Assembly (NCBI GenBank): GCA_963748825.1
Contig: CAVVKN010000024.1
Coordinates: 1 to 49,176 of the forward strand
Reading direction: 5' to 3'
DNA: 49,176 nt
Source: Methanotrichaceae archaeon
Lineage (GTDB): Archaea; Halobacteriota; Methanosarcinia; Methanotrichales; Methanotrichaceae
The position numbers and the translations under genes are program-made. The notes beneath the pieces are model-generated. The model saw nothing but the letters and a program-made list of their open reading frames with translations. It was not told the DNA's origin and made no database searches. Positions 43,387 through 49,176 of this stretch are shown one piece after another; position 1 is the first letter of the stretch, and each line of letters begins with the position of its first letter.

Positions 43387-44430
43387 TTATGGCACATCAG
43401 CGAGGGTGCTTCCATCTTTGCGCAGCAGAACGATGCGAGTTTCAGGCAGCTTCTTTTTTGCCATCTGCAAAGCTTTGGTGATGTTCCTGTGCTGCGGCTC
43501 TATCTCTACCATCTCGGCCACAGTGCCATAGCCTGTTTCATCCAGGATCTGGGGCCAGGCCCATTTAAGAATGAGGGCGGGCAGTCCGCAGAGGATGCTC
43601 TCCTGGCCTTTCTCAAATGCCAGAAGGTCGAGCTGACTTCCCATAAGCACTGCTTTATGATCGGGAAAGAGAACGCGGCAAAACTTTAGGCCCGTTCGGC
43701 CTGTGGTGACGAGCACCTTCTTGGCCTCTTTCAGCTCCAGGACTCGATCGCCGATGAAGTGATCATTCCAGGGTTCCACAAAGCCCGTCGAGCCCAGGAT
43801 GGAGATGCCGCCCAATATGCCCAGGCGGGGGTTGAGGGTCTCTTTAGCCAGCTCAACGCCTCGGGGAATTGACAGTTCTACCTCAGCTCCTGCCAGGCCA
43901 GTCTCCTGCAGCGCCTGCGAGATGGCTTTCATGATCTGCCCTCTTGCTGACGGACTAATGGCGGGCCTTCCCACCTCATCGCATAGCCCCCTGGCTAAAA
44001 TCCTGCCTATTCCTTTTCCTGCAACAAGAGTCGTCTCCTCTGACGCACTAGCCTGGGCCGTAATCTCCAGGCCTGCTGTGACATCGAATTTATGGTCGCC
44101 ACCATCTTTGACGGCTATGCAAAAGCCCTTTTTTGCCACGACGGGCAAGGAGACGGGGATGCCGGCCGGAGTTTCTATCTCAAGGTTATGGACCGTTCTT
44201 TTCAGAGAGAGGATAGCTCCCTTGCAAGCTCCCGCTGCTGTCGTCCCTGTGGTCAGGCCACGTCTGCAGAGGAGGCCGCTGGAGAGAATGACCCATCTGC
44301 CGCTCTGGATCTTTTGCAGTGCCTGTGGATCGGGGCAGAGCTGGATCCAGGAAGAGGGGATGACAAAGCCTGTGACGGGATCCTTTACGGAATCAACGGT
44401 GGTGTCAGTGTAAGGCTCGGGCATAGGCAT
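43387..44430 (-). CDS. cbiD: Cobalt-precorrin-5B C1-methyltransferase
   Basis: RRGLTTGTTAAGA, KDGGD..DVT, TLNPRLGILGGISILGSTGFVEPW. Confidence 0.94.
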   Translation of the reverse strand: MPMPEPYTDTTVDSVKDPVTGFVIPSSWIQLCPDPQALQKIQSGRWVILSSGLLCRRGLTTGTTAAGACKGAILSLKRTVHNLEIETPAGIPVSLPVVAKKGFCIAVKDGGDHKFDVTAGLEITAQASASEETTLVAGKGIGRILARGLCDEVGRPAISPSARGQIMKAISQALQETGLAGAEVELSIPRGVELAKETLNPRLGILGGISILGSTGFVEPWNDHFIGDRVLELKEAKKVLVTTGRTGLKFCRVLFPDHKAVLMGSQLDLLAFEKGQESILCGLPALILKWAWPQILDETGYGTVAEMVEIEPQHRNITKALQMAKKKLPETRIVLLRKDGSTLADVP

Positions 44431-45037
44431 TTATGATCTCGTTTATGGCTGCGACGGCGATGGGAGTTCCTCCGCGCGTGCCTGCCGTAGATATGGACGG
44501 CACATCGATCTCTCTCAGTCGTTCTTTGCTCTCCGCCGCATTGACGAAGCCCACAGCTGCGCCTATAACCAGTCGCGGCAAGACCTTTCCTGTCTCTATG
44601 AGGTCGCATAAAGTGAGCAGAGCGGATGGCGCATTTCCTATCACTATTATGGATCCTGATAGCTTCTCCTGCAAGGCCATGACCCCGGCCGAGGTGCGGG
44701 TAATACCTTCCGCCTCCGCCAGAGCATCGCCCTGGTCGATGAAGGTCTCGATGGGGCTATTATGTCCTTTCTTCAAGATTCCCGCTTGTACCATCTTTAT
44801 GTCCGTGAAGATGGGTGCTCCCTTCTCCAGGGCCTGCAGGCCTGCCTCGCCGGGCTGGCCATGAAATCTTAAAATATCGGCCACGCTGGGATCGCCGGTG
44901 GCAATGACACATCTCTGCTTGATCCTATCCTCGAAAGTGTCATCTCCAATCATCTCCGAGATGAGCCGTCGGCTCTTTCTGCTTATTTCCAGGGCCTCGG
45001 GCGTTGTAGCCCCAATATCTGTATAATCTTCCATCAT
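44405..45037 (-). CDS. cbiC: Cobalt-precorrin-8 methylmutase
   Basis: RCVIATGD, TDIKMV, TRTSAG, IGNAPSAL, VGFVNAAESKE, RGGTPIAVA. Confidence 0.94.
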   Translation of the reverse strand: MMEDYTDIGATTPEALEISRKSRRLISEMIGDDTFEDRIKQRCVIATGDPSVADILRFHGQPGEAGLQALEKGAPIFTDIKMVQAGILKKGHNSPIETFIDQGDALAEAEGITRTSAGVMALQEKLSGSIIVIGNAPSALLTLCDLIETGKVLPRLVIGAAVGFVNAAESKERLREIDVPSISTAGTRGGTPIAVAAINEIINAYARALH

Positions 45038-45058
45038 GGGAAATCAGCTCAAATAGCT

Positions 45059-46465
45059 CTAGTAGCAGTATTTGCTGTCATATCCTCGTTTGGTGATTAT
45101 CTTTCCCTCTAATATGCGGGAATTGGCGGAGGCGACGAGCATGGTGAAGCGAAAACCAGTCGGCTTTGCGGCCAGTAAATCCTCTGCCGTAAGGATCATG
45201 GTATTTTCTCCTTCTCGTGCCACGTCCTGGGCCAAAACAACGGGTCTCAGGGGATCGACCTCTTCCAGCAGAGAGGCAATTTCCTGCCCTTTTACATTGT
45301 AGGCCACCACCGCGAAGCCTGTTCCTGCCAGTGCAGAGAGGCGCGCAGGATCATGGGCCGAGGAGAGAAGGGCGAAGTCGCTAACCAGGGGCGCGCCCGC
45401 TCTTGCGGCGACTGAGGAAAAAGCGCTGACTCCTGGTGAGATGTGCATGGGGACATTTCCCGCTGCCTGATCCATGATTCTCCAGCCGGAGCTGAAGATG
45501 CTCGGGTCGCCGCCCGTGAGGATGGATGCCTTGCCTCCGGCTTCGGCAACTTGCACTGCATCCTTTAAGCGGGCTGCCATCCTCACCGGGCAGGGGCCGC
45601 TGTGGGTGACTTTCTGGGCCGAAGTGATATCACCAATTAATTGCAGGTATCTCTGTGCCCCGTAGATCTTCTGCGAGCTTTTTAAGATGCTCTGCGCTTC
45701 TTGCGTTAAATTTTCGGGATCGCCCGGGCCGATGCCCACCAGATTTATCGCGGCCGTTTGGCTTGTCAATCCCCGGAAGGTGCCCCGGCCAAGGATGATG
45801 ACCAGAGCAGTCATATTGATCCTCTCTCGCAGGCTCTCCTCTTCGATCAGCTTTTCTGAGCTGGTGTAAATGATCTCCTCTCCCTCGCGCCCGATGTTTT
45901 TTGCTACCAGAACATCCCTGTCCCCGCAAATATCTAAAGCGCGCAGGAGCTGCCAGTCGCGTCTCTTGCTTTTTGGATTGTAGAGAGCCACGGGCATCTG
46001 TGTCTCTGCGGACAGACGCAGGCGGCCTTCAATCTGCTGCCAGGGTGTGAGCAGATCACTGAGGCTGATCACGGCCACGCATTCGCGGAAGGTGAGGCCA
46101 GCGCGGCAGGATGCGGCGGTAAATGAGGTGACTCCGGGCACAATCTCGACTGTAGAAGGCTGCTTAGCCAGCTCCAGGCCAAGACCTGCCATGCCGTAGA
46201 CATTGGGGTCCCCACTGCTCACCAGGGCCACTGACCCTTGCTCAAGGAGATCGACTGCAGCCTTTACTCGATCCACTTCCTTTCCCATGCTGCTGGAGAA
46301 GACCTGCTTTCCTGGCAAGAGATCGCTGATCAGTTCCAGATAGGGCCTATAGCCGACCACGAAGTCTGCCGAGAGGATGGCGTTTGTGGCGGCGGCGGTG
46401 CGTAGCTGCGGCGAGCCGGGGCCGATGCCCACGATGGAAAGCTTATATCTACTCTCCGATGGCAA
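45059..46465 (-). CDS. cbiH: Cobalt-precorrin-3B C17-methyltransferase with two tandem tetrapyrrole methylase domains
   Basis: VGIGPG..VVGYRPY..SSGDPNVYGMAG..ISLSDLLTPW..YNPKSK; second domain VGIGPGD..GGDPSIF..PGVSAF; C-terminal TKRGY. Confidence 0.9.
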   Translation of the reverse strand: MPSESRYKLSIVGIGPGSPQLRTAAATNAILSADFVVGYRPYLELISDLLPGKQVFSSSMGKEVDRVKAAVDLLEQGSVALVSSGDPNVYGMAGLGLELAKQPSTVEIVPGVTSFTAASCRAGLTFRECVAVISLSDLLTPWQQIEGRLRLSAETQMPVALYNPKSKRRDWQLLRALDICGDRDVLVAKNIGREGEEIIYTSSEKLIEEESLRERINMTALVIILGRGTFRGLTSQTAAINLVGIGPGDPENLTQEAQSILKSSQKIYGAQRYLQLIGDITSAQKVTHSGPCPVRMAARLKDAVQVAEAGGKASILTGGDPSIFSSGWRIMDQAAGNVPMHISPGVSAFSSVAARAGAPLVSDFALLSSAHDPARLSALAGTGFAVVAYNVKGQEIASLLEEVDPLRPVVLAQDVAREGENTMILTAEDLLAAKPTGFRFTMLVASANSRILEGKIITKRGYDSKYCY

Positions 46466-47330
46466 CTGTTACCCTCCCGTAGGCTTTCTTGGGAAAAATG
46501 AGCTTTGTAGCCAGGGCCAGGACGGCCGGCTCGGCAACGCCGGAAAGACCCAGGTCACTGGCCCGGGAGGCTGTGCTCGGCTCTTGAGAATTGAGAGCTT
46601 CCCTGGAGAGGCAAATCATCTCCTTTCCCAGAATGCTGGCTGCCTGCAGCATACCCTCTTCCTCCCTCTTCAGCCAGGCTGTGGCCAGGATACCGATCTC
46701 CTCTCGCCTTCTGCCCGCTTCACTTAATGCCTCATCAATGGCCTGCAGCACCTCCGAGGCGCAGACGCCCTTTCTGGCTCCGATGCCAACAACCAGGCCC
46801 ATCGTTTTCAAGACGGCCACATCCTCATCCACTACTACAATCTTGGGCCCCTTCAGCCTTAAAACGGGAACGTCTTCTTTGAGAAAGGCAAGGTTGATGG
46901 CTTTGGAGGACTCTTTGTTGACGACCGTTGCGCGCAGCCGGGCCGTTACCTCTTCCAGGCAAGGCCGGCCGGAGGAGTCGGTGGCAGTGGTGATAGCTGC
47001 AAAAAGGCCCAGTTGAGACGCCAGGAAGCGGGCCAGCTCATTGGCTCCGTGATGGCCTCCCACAACCGGCACGGCGCAGGAAAGAGAGGAATCTACGGCC
47101 ACCACGGGCCGGTCTGTCCACTTATCCTTGAGGTGAGGGCAAAGGCTTCGTACAACGATTCCTACGGCCATGACCGCTACTACCAACTCATATCTCTCCA
47201 GCATCATCTCCATTTTGTCTTTCTCGTAAAGGATAATAGTAGGAGAATAGCTATCCTGCAAAGCTTGGGCTATTTTCTCTGCCTTCTCTTTATCTCTGGG
47301 AAAGACCAGGATTGCTACCGATCTCTGTAT
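46449..47330 (-). CDS. cbiG: Cobalt-precorrin-5A hydrolase; probable non-canonical ATA start at 47330 (first canonical start is TTG 47261)
   Basis: [56 protein letters not shown]. Confidence 0.92.
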   Translation of the reverse strand: MQRSVAILVFPRDKEKAEKIAQALQDSYSPTIILYEKDKMEMMLERYELVVAVMAVGIVVRSLCPHLKDKWTDRPVVAVDSSLSCAVPVVGGHHGANELARFLASQLGLFAAITTATDSSGRPCLEEVTARLRATVVNKESSKAINLAFLKEDVPVLRLKGPKIVVVDEDVAVLKTMGLVVGIGARKGVCASEVLQAIDEALSEAGRRREEIGILATAWLKREEEGMLQAASILGKEMICLSREALNSQEPSTASRASDLGLSGVAEPAVLALATKLIFPKKAYGRVTVAIGE

Positions 47331-48025
47331 AGGTGAGACCTCCGAAATCCGGTTCTTGTCACCACGCCGCCAACCAGGATGAGGGCGCTCTTGCTTATGC
47401 CTGCCGCCTCTACCTTTTCGGCGATATCAGCCAGGGTTCCCTGCAAAACCTTCTCATCCGGCCAGGAGGCATGATAGACCACAGCCACGGGAGTGTCGCC
47501 TGGACGGTCCAGGTTATCGACAATATCCCGGATTTTATCTATGCCCAGGAAGATGGCCATAGTTGTATTGTGGCGGCTCAAAGCAGCCAGCTCGTCCTTT
47601 TCCAGGGTGGTGCCGGCTGGCCTCGTCACAATCAAGGACTCTGAGACCCCTTTCAGTGTGAGCTGAGTTTTTAAGGCGGCAGCAGAGGCGAAGAGGGAGG
47701 AGACTCCGGGCACGACCTCCACTTCCACTCCCGCCTCCTCGAGCGGCTTCATCTGCTCGAGTATAGCGCCATAAAGCGACGGATCTCCGCTGTGCAGCCG
47801 CACCACCTTCTTACCGGTCCGCAGGGCAGCGATGATCCTGGCAGTGGTCGCCTCCAGAGAGACGCCGTTGCTGTCCATTGTCTCCGCTTTCAGTCCTTCC
47901 AGGAGGGCGGGATTGACCAGAGAGCCAGCATAAACCACCAGGTCTGCCTCCGAGAGGAGCCTCTTGCCTTTGACGGTGATGAGATCCGGGTCTCCTGGGC
48001 CTGCCCCCACAAAGTAAAGCTTCAT
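47315..48025 (-). CDS. cbiF: Cobalt-precorrin-4 C11-methyltransferase
   Basis: [48 protein letters not shown]. Confidence 0.95.
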   Translation of the reverse strand: MKLYFVGAGPGDPDLITVKGKRLLSEADLVVYAGSLVNPALLEGLKAETMDSNGVSLEATTARIIAALRTGKKVVRLHSGDPSLYGAILEQMKPLEEAGVEVEVVPGVSSLFASAAALKTQLTLKGVSESLIVTRPAGTTLEKDELAALSRHNTTMAIFLGIDKIRDIVDNLDRPGDTPVAVVYHASWPDEKVLQGTLADIAEKVEAAGISKSALILVGGVVTRTGFRRSHLYRDR

Positions 48026-48634
48026 CTCCGTCTCCGGGCTAAAAGGACGGAAAAATAGTCGCTTCTCTCCGGCATCTCATCTCTGATGATCCTCTCCTGG
48101 GGAGTGCAGAGCATTGTTCCCAGCATGAACTCGTCAAAGCCCCTGGCACGAAGCTCTTCCGCCAGCTTCCTGGGCCGGGTGGCCTTTATCCTGATGACCA
48201 TTTCCACAGGTGAGCCGTCCGAGACCTCAAAGGATCTCTCCAGGGGGGCAGAAAAGCGCGAGGCGAGAGCGGGGACGATGCCCACGCCGGGAATGGTCTG
48301 GATCTCAATCTCCGGGTGATTGCGCCGGATCAGCCTTTCCAGGTGGCTGAAGGTGGAGAAGGTGTTGACGTCCCCCATGCAGGCAAAGCCGGCGCAGGCC
48401 TGAGGCTGCCGCCTCCTTTGCTACGTTGTCGGCATTCTCCTCCCATATTTTCTCCAGTTCCTCTTTATCCTCGATCATGGGAAACTGCAAAATCTGGGGC
48501 CGGCAGTAGGGCCGAACTAACTCTGAGGCCATCTCTCCCGGCACAAAGACCGTTGTGCAGTTCTTCAGGGCTGCTGCTGCTTTTAGTGTCAAAAGCTGCG
48601 GGTCGCCCGGGCCAAGGCTGATGCCGATCAACAT
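48022..48634 (-). CDS. cbiL: Cobalt-factor II C20-methyltransferase, one apparent frameshift at about 48395
   Basis: [19 protein letters not shown].. joins [25 protein letters not shown]. Confidence 0.88.
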
Positions 48635-49140
48635 TTACCGATCACCATGAAGATGGGGTTTACCGGTTTCAGGGCTATGTCTCCCCCTAGATCGTAGCCC
48701 CTTGCGATATGAATCTGGATAAGCTCCTGAAATATTCCTGCCTCTTTCATCATCTGCGCCACGTGGGCGGCAATGCCCAGGCGCGCCAGGTCGGCCACAA
48801 TAACGCAGCCGGGAGCAGCCTTCTCTAAAAGCAGAGGCAAGAACTCATCGATGCCGCGCGTGCCGCCGATAAAACATCTGTCTATTCTGGGAAGGTCGGG
48901 CAAAACTGCGGCAGCCTCGCCTAAGAAAAATTGTCCATGGGAAACGGTCGCTTTGCACATCTGCACTGCTTCCTCTCGCCGGTCGATGCCGTAGATTCGG
49001 TCCGTGTAGCGAGAGGCGGCCAGGGATACGGCCCCCGAGCCGCAGCCGATGTCCAGGAAGACCTGGGCCTGCTCGATGTTCAGCTTTCCCATGGCGATGG
49101 AGATGTTCTCCTCTTGGGTCGCCGTGCCCGGAAGCTTCAT
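48628..49140 (-). CDS. cbiT: Cobalt-precorrin-6B C15-methyltransferase (decarboxylating)
   Basis: GTATQEE, FLDIGCGSGAVS, FIGGT, PVNPIF; first gene of the cbi operon. Confidence 0.9.
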   Translation of the reverse strand: MKLPGTATQEENISIAMGKLNIEQAQVFLDIGCGSGAVSLAASRYTDRIYGIDRREEAVQMCKATVSHGQFFLGEAAAVLPDLPRIDRCFIGGTRGIDEFLPLLLEKAAPGCVIVADLARLGIAAHVAQMMKEAGIFQELIQIHIARGYDLGGDIALKPVNPIFMVIGKC

Positions 49141-49176
49141 GGCTGCAAAGAAATGCATGCTGGCATAAAAGGTTAA

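Overview
Archaeal chromosomal segment, most consistent with an acetoclastic methanogen of the Methanothrix (Methanosaeta) type; this is inferred from gene content (alba, fibrillarin, PolD DP1, cdc6 with ORB boxes, RaSEA, cbi operon, CCA-less tRNAs). 1-14.2 kb is a type I-G (formerly I-U) CRISPR-Cas locus, all on the minus strand: cas3 (helicase plus C-terminal HD), cas8g/csx17, cas7g/csb1, csb2, a hicA remnant plus hicB, leader, a 42-repeat array, a RelE-like toxin with an unannotated 43-aa antitoxin, cas4-cas1 fusion and cas2. The most notable biology is that toxin-antitoxin modules bracket the array. The RelE toxin starts 63 nt after a degenerate terminal repeat that can fold back on an adjacent anti-repeat. 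The locus also shows strong signs of consensus or assembly artefact: about 18 single-base frameshifts, GC-rich patches, and 31 consecutive spacers with no homopolymer run of 3 or more. 14.6-49.2 kb is mostly core genome: HIT, purN, alba, bud32, DUF1786, moaB, five CBS-domain genes coupled to an RNA ligase and a TIGR00300 ornithine cyclodeaminase, tRNA-Thr, DP1, signal peptidase, fibrillarin, nikR, USP, RaSEA, trxB, tRNA-Gly, a cluster of secreted or repeat proteins, cdc6 with a probable replication origin, and the anaerobic cobalamin operon cbiT-L-F-G-H-C-D-E. No database searches were run; all calls come from motif recognition.
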